Positions 25,874-33,893 of a DNA stretch of 34,421 nucleotides are shown here, in pieces; the stretch's first letter is position 1; each line of letters opens with the position of its first letter. The stretch is from a virus. Taxonomy: Duplodnaviria; Caudoviricetes. The position numbers were made by a program, and so were the translations under genes. The notes under the pieces were generated by a model. That model saw nothing but the letters and a program-made list of their open reading frames with translations, was not told where the DNA came from and ran no database searches. The DNA is taken from positions 1-34,421 of the IMG/VR virus record IMGVR_UViG_3300032212_000102; one strand, written 5' to 3'.

Positions 25874-26244
25874 ATATAGCGACCGTCTGTTGGTACTGGA
25901 GCGTCATTAAGGGCCTTTTGAGCCTCAAGTAATTTTGATGATTCTCTAAATGCCTTTCTTACTTCTTGGTCGAATGATGTAAATTCTTCAATATAGCCTC
26001 TGCCATAAACCTCTTGCGGCGGCATGCGCTTACCGTCTTTGATTACGCCAGAGCCATTTGCCGCCATATCCTGCCATGCCTTTTCGAATTCGGTATGCTG
26101 CACTAGCTCAGGTGGCGTAAGCTCAGCTTCAAAGCTATTCTTTTCTCCTACAAGCGGCTCCGCACCGGCAGGCCTCATGCAGCCTGGAATTAATGGGGCT
26201 GCGGCTAATCCAGCGAGTAGTTTTAAAAATCCACGTCTTTTCAT
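25867..26244 (-). CDS. Hypothetical protein with a twin-arginine (Tat)-like signal
   Basis: MKRRGFLKLLAGLAAAPLIPGC. Confidence 0.7.
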   Translation of the reverse strand: MKRRGFLKLLAGLAAAPLIPGCMRPAGAEPLVGEKNSFEAELTPPELVQHTEFEKAWQDMAANGSGVIKDGKRMPPQEVYGRGYIEEFTSFDQEVRKAFRESSKLLEAQKALNDAPVPTDGRYIW

Positions 26245-26540
26245 AATTTGAGCCTCTCTTGAGTTAATTCTAGCAGCTTTTCATCAGTATGATAACGCCG
26301 TTCAAATTCTTTCTTGTATGGGTGCCTAGATACACAGTCTTTATTGTTAAGCCCTGCCCGGTGGTGAAATACGCATAATCCTATGGTTTTGTAGTGTGCA
26401 CCTTCCTTTCTGGACCCCTCGATATGATGTATTTCGCACGGGGTAAACACATCCAGAAATAGCCTGCATACGCAACAACCATCGCTGAGTACGTCACTCA
26501 TCCAGGTAGTTTCGCCCTTTGTAGGAGTGCGTCCATTCAT
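26241..26540 (-). CDS. Ref-like (recombination enhancement) HNH nuclease
   Basis: GCCVC..., EIHHI, LCVFHHR, SRHPYK.EFE.RY. Confidence 0.8.
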   Translation of the reverse strand: MNGRTPTKGETTWMSDVLSDGCCVCRLFLDVFTPCEIHHIEGSRKEGAHYKTIGLCVFHHRAGLNNKDCVSRHPYKKEFERRYHTDEKLLELTQERLKL

Positions 26541-26689
26541 GAAACTTGAACCAATATATTAGACGCGACTGCCAGGACCAGCGCCAATATGGCAAGCTCT
26601 CCAGCCCACTGGCTATCATTCAGAGCTAAATATAGCGCCACCATGCTGATAAATAGGGCTGTTAGTGCGAAACCTATGCTTGTCATCAT
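26537..26689 (-). CDS. Small two-TM membrane protein, 50 aa (not in the ORF track)
   Basis: MMTSIGFALTALFISMVALYLAL...LAILALVLAVASNILVQVS; ATGA overlaps at both ends; AGGAG RBS. Confidence 0.65.
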   Translation of the reverse strand: MMTSIGFALTALFISMVALYLALNDSQWAGELAILALVLAVASNILVQVS

Positions 26690-27018
26690 GCGTGACTCCT
26701 ATCAATAGTGCGGTTATTGGCTTGCTGGGTTCGCCACATTTCGATTTTTAATTCAGCCGCTTTCATTTTCCAGCGCAGCTCCTCCTCCAGTGCTACTGCA
26801 ATCTCAATGTCATCCAGTAGCTGTACATAATCTTTATGCGCGTAAGCGTAAGACTCCCGGACGTGCTGAGGCTCTCCGAGCTTCTTATTCATTAGCAGGG
26901 CCTTTTTAGACTTGCGAAACTCCATGAGCTGGATGCGGGTGCCTTTGGCGTTCGCGTGTGCCGTTGCGTTGTCTCTTATCCAGTCGTTGGCCCTTTCTGC
27001 CTGTTCATCCGTAATCAT
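26686..27018 (-). CDS. Conserved helical phage protein (possibly UvsY-like)
   Basis: RESYAYAH.DY...IEMWRTQQAN.R; GGAGG RBS. Confidence 0.65.
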   Translation of the reverse strand: MITDEQAERANDWIRDNATAHANAKGTRIQLMEFRKSKKALLMNKKLGEPQHVRESYAYAHKDYVQLLDDIEIAVALEEELRWKMKAAELKIEMWRTQQANNRTIDRSHA

Positions 27019-27034
27019 TCGTTACCTCCATAAT

Positions 27035-27310
27035 TCAAAACATATCACCAGTATCTTTTTTACTGTAAGACCGTCGAGACTGAGCCACCTCAAATTTTAT
27101 TCCGTTGTAGCCGAACCTGTTTACCGATACCTCACCGGCTCGCCTTATCAACGGGCCTTTCTCAGCTTTTTTCTCTAACCGCTTAAGAGCGTTGTACTGT
27201 TTCTTTGATACGGTTATTTTTTTAAGCTCACTGCCGTTTTTACGATGAAACTCTATCAAACGGTCAATATCGTTTAAAATATCTTCCTCAGTTTGTGAAA
27301 TAGTAGGCAT
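27035..27310 (-). CDS. Hypothetical basic protein
   Basis: TAATG coupling to the upstream gene. Confidence 0.65.
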   Translation of the reverse strand: MPTISQTEEDILNDIDRLIEFHRKNGSELKKITVSKKQYNALKRLEKKAEKGPLIRRAGEVSVNRFGYNGIKFEVAQSRRSYSKKDTGDMF

Positions 27311-27537
27311 TAACTTAACTCATCTATAACATAATCAATTTTTACATTGATACCATTAAGGGCCTCAACGGCATCATCCATTTTTTCACGCAATCCTGAC
27401 TGGTATTCCTCAACGGCTTCGGCTCTTTCTGAATCAATAAGAGCTATACATGATTGCAACAACTTGCTTGTTTCCATATCACCACGAGCATAAGCGGCGC
27501 GCTCAGCATCGTTTATATCTTCAATAGTGTTCATCAA
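27310..27537 (-). CDS. Hypothetical protein
   Basis: GGAGG RBS; coupled in operon. Confidence 0.7.
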   Translation of the reverse strand: MMNTIEDINDAERAAYARGDMETSKLLQSCIALIDSERAEAVEEYQSGLREKMDDAVEALNGINVKIDYVIDELS

Positions 27538-27821
27538 TGACCTCCAATAATAATCCTGCCCTTTTCCTCTCGCATCTTGCTGAGTATCCGGGCCATTTTT
27601 TCCTTCACGAAAGGTGAGCTGGATTTTTCAGCCGCACTCATTTCGATATACATGCACAAATCGCTGAACGCCTTGGCCGTGCTGCCTGCTGACTTGAATA
27701 GCTGGGCCAGCTCTCGCAATACCTCAACACCTAATCGCTCGCTTCCATCCGTGGCAATCAAGTCGATAGCCTCATCAATCATTTTATTGATTTTGTTGGG
27801 GCCAAAGCTTTTGCGCTTCAC
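27534..27821 (-). CDS. Hypothetical protein
   Basis: GTGA overlap with upstream gene; helical. Confidence 0.65.
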   Translation of the reverse strand: MKRKSFGPNKINKMIDEAIDLIATDGSERLGVEVLRELAQLFKSAGSTAKAFSDLCMYIEMSAAEKSSSPFVKEKMARILSKMREEKGRIIIGGH

Positions 27822-28087
27822 TTTTTAGCGACCTTTTTCTTTGTTTGCTTGGCCGGCTTTTCAGGGACGCCTCGCTCTTTGGCCTTTGGCTGTCTTGAAC
27901 CAAGGGCGACAAAGTTATTACCGAGCATACCGCACCGGCCGATGCCATCCAGGCGCTCAACACTACAGGTTCGTTTCTCCTGGCCTGTTACCAGGTTCGG
28001 GTATTTTGATGCTTTGCATAGCGGTTCGGGTTTAACGTCCATAAAGTTATTACAATCCGCGCAAAATTTTGGTTTAGGTTTGTTCAT
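27818..28087 (-). CDS. Cys-rich hypothetical protein
   Basis: CxxC...C...C...R...CG pattern; GAGGA RBS. Confidence 0.7.
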   Translation of the reverse strand: MNKPKPKFCADCNNFMDVKPEPLCKASKYPNLVTGQEKRTCSVERLDGIGRCGMLGNNFVALGSRQPKAKERGVPEKPAKQTKKKVAKK

Positions 28088-28374
28088 GCTGTTCCTCGTA
28101 GTTGGGCTTCGGTTATGTGCTTTGCAGCATCAGGGCTAATCATTATATCCCCAATCCTGCCATGCATTATGTAATTACCTACGTGGCACTGTTCGCCAAA
28201 TTTGTTGGTAACGTCCATCCTGGTAGTTTCGATAACATAGCCATCCTTTCTCAGTATCAGGATAGCGGCTGATAGCCGGTAAACACCGCAAACAGTCCAG
28301 GCCTGTAATGGGTTAATGCGGCCATGCTTTCTCAAATACTCTAAAATTCGCTGTGGTTGCTTTGAAAAACTCAT
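28084..28374 (-). CDS. Winged-HTH DNA-binding protein (HTH_39-like)
   Basis: QRILEYL...I.PLQA...GVYRLSA.I..LRK.GY.IET. Confidence 0.8.
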   Translation of the reverse strand: MSFSKQPQRILEYLRKHGRINPLQAWTVCGVYRLSAAILILRKDGYVIETTRMDVTNKFGEQCHVGNYIMHGRIGDIMISPDAAKHITEAQLRGTA

Positions 28375-28572
28375 TCAATCTCTCCTCATTGTGTAGACTC
28401 CCTGGCTTAACGTGGCGTAACCCTCGCTAACCAGCTCGTCTAAAAATTTCCGTATTGCTTCCATTGGTATATCTAAATCAGTCCAGAAAAATAATCGCGC
28501 CACCGTGACTGGAGCTATTGTGATGTATCTCACAATCATCATTTCATCTGAGCTTATTTCTCCGGTTGCCAT
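28375..28572 (-). CDS. Small winged-helix-like hypothetical protein
   Basis: IRKFLDELVSEGYATLSQGVY; start uncertain. Confidence 0.5.
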   Translation of the reverse strand: MATGEISSDEMMIVRYITIAPVTVARLFFWTDLDIPMEAIRKFLDELVSEGYATLSQGVYTMRRD

Positions 28573-28814
28573 AAACATTCGTCCCACTCCACAGGTTTTG
28601 AGCTTTTTTCCATTTTCTCAAGATAGGTCTCAGCACAAATTAAAAGCGCGTTTGGCAAATCAATTAGGTAACACGGGCTGTCAGTGATTAAAGAATTTAT
28701 CGCGTTAATGCCTAACACCGTAACCTCATGGCCGTCTAAAAGCCTAAGCTCATCCGGCATTTTTCCACCAGGTCGAAATATAACGGTCTCACCTTCTTTG
28801 AAATTGAATTTCAT
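28554..28814 (-). CDS. Hypothetical protein
   Basis: GAGGAG RBS; ends WDECLWQPE. Confidence 0.7.
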   Translation of the reverse strand: MKFNFKEGETVIFRPGGKMPDELRLLDGHEVTVLGINAINSLITDSPCYLIDLPNALLICAETYLEKMEKSSKPVEWDECLWQPEK

Positions 28815-28816
28815 TT

Positions 28817-29161
28817 TTAACTCCTCATTGCCGCTGATATGCGGTCCTTGTAATCAGGGTAAGTTTCACCACGTCTAGGCAAAACACCGAGCTTTTTACC
28901 TTCATCCTCCCATTCTTGATTGGTCCTGGGCATTTTTTTTAGAGGTTCCAGCTTCTCATCCTCCCACCGCTCCCCGTTCATATAAGTAGTTGGTAATGGG
29001 GTAAACTGTTTTTCAACACCAACAAAACGAGTTTCAATATCTGCCATGATAACAACTTTAGTTTTCTTTGGCAAGCTTTCCCATTTCTTTTTAGCTTTTT
29101 TCTTATCCTGTCGCCGTGGGTACTTACTCCAAAAATCATCGAAAGGTATATCATCAATCAT
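28817..29161 (-). CDS. Replication-initiator C-terminal-like protein (start revised to 29161)
   Basis: FDDFWSKYPRR..KKKA...W and PLPTTYMNGERWEDE; GGGAG RBS before the ATG. Confidence 0.7.
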   Translation of the reverse strand: MIDDIPFDDFWSKYPRRQDKKKAKKKWESLPKKTKVVIMADIETRFVGVEKQFTPLPTTYMNGERWEDEKLEPLKKMPRTNQEWEDEGKKLGVLPRRGETYPDYKDRISAAMRS

Positions 29162-29504
29162 GTTTAGCTCCCTTTTCACACTCAAAGTAATAGACCAAAT
29201 CTTTTTCAGATATATAGCCCTCATCATCGCAATATCTGACCTGCCTGTTAATGATTTTATCAGTGACTTGTTTCTCGATTTTTTTTGGTTCCTCCAGGTA
29301 AACCCACCCAATCAGAAAGCCCATCCATTCTTTTTTTCTTTCTGCCCCATCTACTAATATGGTTTTTTTTATCTCCTCCTTATGCGTGTACTCGTTATAA
29401 TCCCATCCTGCCCATATGAACATGACTCCATCATGGTCGATATACCAGCGCCCATCAGGAAAAATATCATGTAACTTTAAACCATCATTATATTTAATTT
29501 CCAT
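29154..29504 (-). CDS. Hypothetical protein
   Basis: AAGGAG RBS; overlaps the next gene. Confidence 0.7.
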   Translation of the reverse strand: MEIKYNDGLKLHDIFPDGRWYIDHDGVMFIWAGWDYNEYTHKEEIKKTILVDGAERKKEWMGFLIGWVYLEEPKKIEKQVTDKIINRQVRYCDDEGYISEKDLVYYFECEKGAKHD

Positions 29505-29715
29505 GTTTAACTCCTTGTTTTTACTATGTTTTAGACAAAATAAAACCCCACTAATTAAGGCATTTAGCTTAGCCTACAGGTGCGCTTTATCAACATATGT
29601 TTATCGACGTTCGGCCTGCACCGTTGTCGAGGCTGGGGTTATACGCTGGCTTTTCACTCACCAGAAACCATGCCCACGCTAGACTTTTCGCAGTCTTTTT
29701 GCGGGACGATAGCTA

Positions 29716-29757
29716 TTGACATATATGCAAATGAGAATGATAATTATAATCATTCGG
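29716..29757 (+). promoter_or_regulatory. Sigma70 promoter overlapped by Fur-box-like sites
   Basis: TTGACA(29716)-17-GATAAT(29739); GAGAATGATAATTATAATC at 29733..29751 is 16/19 to the Fur consensus. Confidence 0.65.
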
Positions 29758-29818
29758 ATTAGCCGCTAAACTATCATCCGATTCGAGGCCACCTTTCTTG
29801 GGTGGCTTCGTTCTTTCT
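29751..29818 (+). ncRNA. Predicted ~65-70-nt two-hairpin antisense sRNA
   Basis: Stem TCGGAT...ATCCGA (29754..29781), then CGAGGCCACC-7nt-GGTGGCTTCG plus TTCTTTCT terminator; no ORF. Confidence 0.55.
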
Positions 29819-29847
29819 AAACTACTTTTTCTTTACTTCTTAATCAA
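29819..29847 (-). promoter_or_regulatory. Putative leftward sigma70 promoter convergent with the sRNA
   Basis: TTGATT-17-TAGTTT on the - strand. Confidence 0.45.
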
Positions 29848-29859
29848 GTTATTTATTCG

Positions 29860-30201
29860 CTACATGTAAAAACTCATATAGTTATAATCTTTGTCGTCTA
29901 CATCTGACCAAATAGCGCCCATAATATCGCCCCAGGCTCTGTAGCTAAAACTGGCATAAGTCCCGTCACTGAAAACAGGCACTCCATCATGGCCGTACTG
30001 GTGTTGTTCGCCAGTGATTCTGATATTAGAGTGAATAACGGCTAGCCGTATTGCTTCTGGATATTTTTTATATTCTGGTTTTACGGTATTAATATAATCT
30101 TTCCAGCGCATACCATTGTCAAACCAGCCGCCCATGCCGCCGAATGATTCTATAAAATCATCCTCAATTTCAGCGTAATCAATCCAGCCGATAACCTTCA
30201 T
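29860..30201 (-). CDS. Hypothetical protein
   Basis: GAGGG RBS; ATGA overlap; ITGEQHQ...SYRAWG.IM. Confidence 0.75.
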   Translation of the reverse strand: MKVIGWIDYAEIEDDFIESFGGMGGWFDNGMRWKDYINTVKPEYKKYPEAIRLAVIHSNIRITGEQHQYGHDGVPVFSDGTYASFSYRAWGDIMGAIWSDVDDKDYNYMSFYM

Positions 30202-30494
30202 TTGCTATCCCTCTTTATAATTTCCAGTATCTCATCAAGACTACACACTATGGCATATTGGCCGCGATACGTTTCCAGTAACTCTTTCTGCCCTGGCTTG
30301 ATGAATGACTCCAATATTTCTCCGGTGCGCTTAGAGCGGCTCTCCTTTCGTTTCAGCTCTATCCAGTAATTCTTGCCGTTGTGACCTATTAGCAGGTCAT
30401 CCATGCCAGTAATAACCGAATACCCCAATTTTCTAAGGGCTTTGACTATCTCTTGCTGGCCGGTATCAGCTCTATCCTTACGCTGACGCGGCAT
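30198..30494 (-). CDS. VRR-NUC-like PD-(D/E)xK nuclease
   Basis: D..Q.EIV.ALR..G.SV...DLLIG...WIELK...Q. Confidence 0.75.
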   Translation of the reverse strand: MPRQRKDRADTGQQEIVKALRKLGYSVITGMDDLLIGHNGKNYWIELKRKESRSKRTGEILESFIKPGQKELLETYRGQYAIVCSLDEILEIIKRDSK

Positions 30495-30500
30495 TTAAAT

Positions 30501-30537
30501 AAAAAACCTGCCCAAGTCGGGGGAGGAGAAGGGCAGG
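30501..30537 (-). terminator. Hairpin with T-tract downstream of the cro-like gene
   Basis: CCTGCCC/GGGCAGG stem with 17-nt loop, then TTTTTT on the - strand. Confidence 0.5.
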
Positions 30538-30601
30538 AAGGTTAGCCAGGCTCAGTATGACCTGACTAACAGAGGAGTGATTTTCTTTTGTTACCACCCC
30601 T

Positions 30602-30823
30602 TTAACTCTTTGGAAATACATCAGGGCGCAGCTCATGAAGCGGGACCTTGTTTTTAGTAGCCGCTTTCACATCACGCACCAAATGAGCGGGAACAGGCAC
30701 GCGGCCATATGCCCAATGCCGGACCGTAGACTCACATCGGTCCACCAGCTCAGCAATAGCGTCAGTCGCTTCCTGGCGGCTATTATGAAACGGATGCTTA
30801 AATAAGTATTCTCTTAAATCCAC
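30602..30823 (-). CDS. Cro/YdaS-like HTH regulator
   Basis: IAELVDRCESTVRHW..GR..VPA...V.LHELRPDVF; AGGAG RBS; first gene of the arm. Confidence 0.82.
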   Translation of the reverse strand: MDLREYLFKHPFHNSRQEATDAIAELVDRCESTVRHWAYGRVPVPAHLVRDVKAATKNKVPLHELRPDVFPKS

Positions 30824-30845
30824 TTTATTCTCCTAAGTTTCAGCA

Positions 30846-30927
30846 ATGATAACTTTGCTAGTATTTTATTGCAAGCATTAATTAATTATCGAATTATGTT
30901 GTAATTTAATTATCATCGTGATAATGT
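30846..30927. promoter_or_regulatory. Divergent early promoters with an operator-like palindrome
   Basis: Leftward TTGCAA-17-TATCAT (30874..30846); rightward TTGTAA-17-TAATGT (30899..30927); ATTATCA-tcg-TGATAAT at 30909..30925. Confidence 0.65.
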
Positions 30928-30952
30928 AGCTATAACAACTGGAGGAAATACT

Positions 30953-31171
30953 ATGGATAAACCTACATTAACTCAAGCCTTTAACTCCTTACAATGGGGC
31001 CATGAGTCTGCCTGTGAGGGCTGCGACTATCTAATTGAGGATAGCCAAGGCGTGGATATAGTTGTCGAGTGCGACTGCAAACACGGCGAGCTTGATTGCT
31101 GTACTGCAGCAAGTATTAAGCTTGATGCCATGCTTGATGATTGGAAGTATGACCAGGAGAACGGGCCATGA
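30953..31171 (+). CDS. Cys-rich acidic hypothetical protein
   Basis: GGAGG RBS; first gene of the + arm. Confidence 0.7.
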   Translation: MDKPTLTQAFNSLQWGHESACEGCDYLIEDSQGVDIVVECDCKHGELDCCTAASIKLDAMLDDWKYDQENGP

Positions 31172-31368
31172 GGTTTGATAATGAGCTACTGGCTGAGGCC
31201 AAGCGCAGAGATAACCGGGAAGTTGAAAAGGCTGAGAATGTAATCGCCTTTATCCTATTTGCATTGCTGACAGCCTCATTAGTGGCCGCAGCGTTCGGGC
31301 AAGGTAAATCAACTAATCCAGGATGCCCGCCAGAATTTAATCAGTATAAAAACCTTATTTGTAAGTAG
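31168..31368 (+). CDS. Small membrane protein
   Basis: One TM segment; AGGAG RBS; ATGA overlap. Confidence 0.65.
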   Translation: MRFDNELLAEAKRRDNREVEKAENVIAFILFALLTASLVAAAFGQGKSTNPGCPPEFNQYKNLICK

Positions 31369-31380
31369 AGGAGAGCAACA

Positions 31381-32154
31381 ATGGGAAAAGAAAAAACCGA
31401 AATAGCCGCCGCTGAGAACCAAGCTGTAACAATGATTGAGCGTATGGCTACAAATCCTGACGTGGATATTGATAAGTTTGAGCGCATCTTGAAAATGAAG
31501 CGTGACGAGGAGGACCGCGAAGCTGAAAAGGAATATACCCGCGCAATGGTCCGAGTCCAGATGAGCCTGCGAGGCGTCACCAGGGATAAACATAACCCGC
31601 AAACAAAGAGCAATTACCCCAGCCTGGAGGCTATGAAAAAAGCCGTAGTCCCCGCCTATACGGCCGAGGGCTTTGCGGTTTCATACGGTGAAGGCGATAC
31701 CGATAAAGAGGGTCATATCAGGGTTACTTGTAAAGTGATGCATTCAGCCGGTCACTCTGAAAACTTCTTTTATGACTGCCCTATTGATGACAAAGGCATT
31801 GCTGGCAAGGTCAATAAAACACCGACCCACGGCAAGGCATCGGCGGTCAGTTACGGCGAACGCTACATATTAAAGCTGATATTTAACGTCACCATTCAGG
31901 ATGAGGATGATGATGGCAATGCCGCAGGCCAAGGCGTCTATGAGGAGCTGATTAGCGATGAGCAATACTCCGCACTTACCGACATAATTAACGGCATTGA
32001 GTCAGATTTTGGCATCAAGGATGTTGAGCTAAACCTCTGCATGTATCTAGGCATCCAAGGGTTAAAACTTCTGCCAGAACGCGGCTATAAAAAAGCGGTT
32101 CACGGCCTTACAACCAAGCGCAATAAACTGGTAGAGCAAAATGATAAAACTTAA
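31381..32154 (+). CDS. ERF-family single-strand annealing protein
   Basis: NP...S.Y..LE, V.C..MHSAGHSE, SAVSYGERY, EDDDGNAA. Confidence 0.9.
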   Translation: MGKEKTEIAAAENQAVTMIERMATNPDVDIDKFERILKMKRDEEDREAEKEYTRAMVRVQMSLRGVTRDKHNPQTKSNYPSLEAMKKAVVPAYTAEGFAVSYGEGDTDKEGHIRVTCKVMHSAGHSENFFYDCPIDDKGIAGKVNKTPTHGKASAVSYGERYILKLIFNVTIQDEDDDGNAAGQGVYEELISDEQYSALTDIINGIESDFGIKDVELNLCMYLGIQGLKLLPERGYKKAVHGLTTKRNKLVEQNDKT

Positions 32155-32761
32155 TGTAGAACAAGGCTCTGACGAGTGGTATCAGGCCAGGCTCGGCATA
32201 CCTACCTCAAGCGCGTTCGATAAAATCATTACTCCTACCGGGAAACTCTCAGCCTCGTCGGTGGATTATCGAAACATATTATTAGCTGAGTACCTGGATG
32301 GACCGCGTGAGTCTTATTCAACCGATGCAATGCTGCGCGGCCAGGAGCTGGAACCAGAGGCCAGACGGCTCTATGAGTTTACTACAGGCAACCAAGTGGA
32401 GCAGGTCGGGTTAGTTTACAAGGATAAAGAAAAGCTTGTGTCATGCTCACCCGATGGCCTGGTAGGCGATGGCGGGATAGAAATAAAATGCCCGCTGGTC
32501 CATACGCACATCGGATACCTGCTCGGCAATGAGCTGCCAAAGAAATATAAACAGCAGGTTCAAGGCTCTCTATGGGTTACAGGTCAAAAGTGGTGGGATT
32601 TTATGAGCTACTTTCCAGGTAAACCGCCTTTAATAGTCAGGGTCGAACGTGATGAGCCATACATCGAGCTGATTGATAAGTGTATGAATACCTTTATCAG
32701 TGAGCTGGTTTTATGTCGCGAGGCGCTGGATAAAATAACCGAAAATAAAAAGGTTGCATGA
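32141..32761 (+). CDS. YqaJ / lambda-exonuclease-family protein
   Basis: QGSDEW..ARLG.PT.S, G.ELEP.AR, SPDGLV...EIKCP, QVQG.LWV...WDF. Confidence 0.93.
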   Translation: MIKLNVEQGSDEWYQARLGIPTSSAFDKIITPTGKLSASSVDYRNILLAEYLDGPRESYSTDAMLRGQELEPEARRLYEFTTGNQVEQVGLVYKDKEKLVSCSPDGLVGDGGIEIKCPLVHTHIGYLLGNELPKKYKQQVQGSLWVTGQKWWDFMSYFPGKPPLIVRVERDEPYIELIDKCMNTFISELVLCREALDKITENKKVA

Positions 32762-32955
32762 TGCTGATACTTTCAAGACGCCGTGGCGAAACGCTATGCA
32801 TTGGCGATGATATTAAAGTTACCGTTATGGAAATAGTCGGCAACCAGGTACGCATCGGAATCAATGCACCGAAAAGCATTGGCGTTCACCGCGAGGAAAT
32901 TTATAAACGGATTCAATCTGAAAAGAATCGAGGCGAGAACTTCGGTAATAAGTAG
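32761..32955 (+). CDS. csrA: Carbon storage regulator CsrA/RsmA homologue
   Basis: MLILSRR.GE.L.IGDDI.VTV....[12 protein letters not shown]...VHREEIY.RI. Confidence 0.95.
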   Translation: MLILSRRRGETLCIGDDIKVTVMEIVGNQVRIGINAPKSIGVHREEIYKRIQSEKNRGENFGNK

Positions 32956-32959
32956 TTAA

Positions 32960-33018
32960 TGAGAGGCCCGGCGGCTAACCGCGTTACCCATTCAAGCCTG
33001 TCGCTGGGTCGCTCACCA
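32960..33018 (+). other. Long hairpin ending in CCA
   Basis: TGAGAGGCCCGGCGGC pairs (with G-U) to GTCGCTGGGTCGCTCA, followed by CCATTT. Confidence 0.5.
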
Positions 33019-33041
33019 TTTAAACCAAAAGGAGAAGTAAA

Positions 33042-33569
33042 ATGAAAAAGGTAATCTTAGTATTAACAATCGCATTATTTAGCACTAGCGCGCTAGCTGG
33101 GGAATATTACTACCGGCCGAATAATGTAACCAATAACAAGGCAGTCGGTGTAGGTGTCGGCGTAGCCAAAGCACAAAGCGCGGCAAAGTCTAATTCAACA
33201 TCGAACGCAAACAGCTTTCAGGGCCAGAACCAGCACCAATCTACTCAGCAAGGCAATTCTCAGACGCTGACCTATGAGGATGAGCTGCAAGCCCCTGCTA
33301 TCGGTGGACCAGCATCAGGACCATGTACCGGGTTTAGCGGTGGTGTATCGGTTCCAGGCTTTGGTTTTAATGCTGCGTCAGTAGATGGCGAATGTAACAA
33401 GCGCGAAGCGGCTCGGGTAGCTCATATGCTCGGCCAGCGCGATATTGCGCTCAAGGTCCTAATGTCCCTGGATGCGGTCAAGGCTGTTATGGAAACCCCT
33501 GCCGTGGGTGGTGGTGCCGATGATGGCGTACCGCTGTTCGAGGATGAACTTGTTAGTATTTACGACTAA
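33042..33569 (+). CDS. Secreted protein with Sec signal peptide
   Basis: MKKVILVLTIALFSTSALA-G; Asn/Gln/Ser-rich region; two Cys; AGGAG RBS. Confidence 0.8.
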   Translation: MKKVILVLTIALFSTSALAGEYYYRPNNVTNNKAVGVGVGVAKAQSAAKSNSTSNANSFQGQNQHQSTQQGNSQTLTYEDELQAPAIGGPASGPCTGFSGGVSVPGFGFNAASVDGECNKREAARVAHMLGQRDIALKVLMSLDAVKAVMETPAVGGGADDGVPLFEDELVSIYD

Positions 33570-33575
33570 CTAAAC

Positions 33576-33661
33576 GAGTTTGGATGAAGCTGGCGTATAA
33601 CTTCTCGCGCCATAAGGCAAGATGATAAAAGGTCTTGTATGAAGGCCAGTGGATTCCACCA
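33576..33661 (+). other. Multi-stem structure ending in CACCA
   Basis: GAGTTT/GGATTC closing stem; inner TGGCG/CGCCA and GCAAGAT/GTCTTGT stems; then CACCATTTT. Confidence 0.4.
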
Positions 33662-33685
33662 TTTTAATAACGTATAGGAGAGAGC

Positions 33686-33877
33686 ATGATGGAATTAAAA
33701 CTGAATGATGATGAAGTGCGCGAGGCTCTGAAAAAAGCATTAGAAGTAAAGGTTTCACATATTCTTGGTGAATTAGACCCTGATAATTGTTGGTTTGAAA
33801 TCAGAAGTTCGGCAGGAGAGGTTGAAGATATTGAGACTGTTGAGTTTTGTAGCAGGGTAATAAGCCAACCCCAATAA
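33686..33877 (+). CDS. Hypothetical protein
   Basis: Preceded by repeat copy 1 with AGGAG. Confidence 0.75.
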   Translation: MMELKLNDDEVREALKKALEVKVSHILGELDPDNCWFEIRSSAGEVEDIETVEFCSRVISQPQ

Positions 33878-33893
33878 CGTATAGGAGATAGGA

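Noticed and set aside
29679-29753. 24-aa hydrophobic ORF (MIIIIILICIYVNSYRPAKRLRKV, - strand) as a type I toxin paired with the sRNA
   Set aside because: No RBS, and the Ile run is simply the reverse reading of the AAT-periodic Fur-like box. Not excluded without ribosome profiling.
32960-33661. CCA-ended structures as true tRNA genes
   Set aside because: No TTCGA T-loop, D-loop GG or canonical arm lengths.
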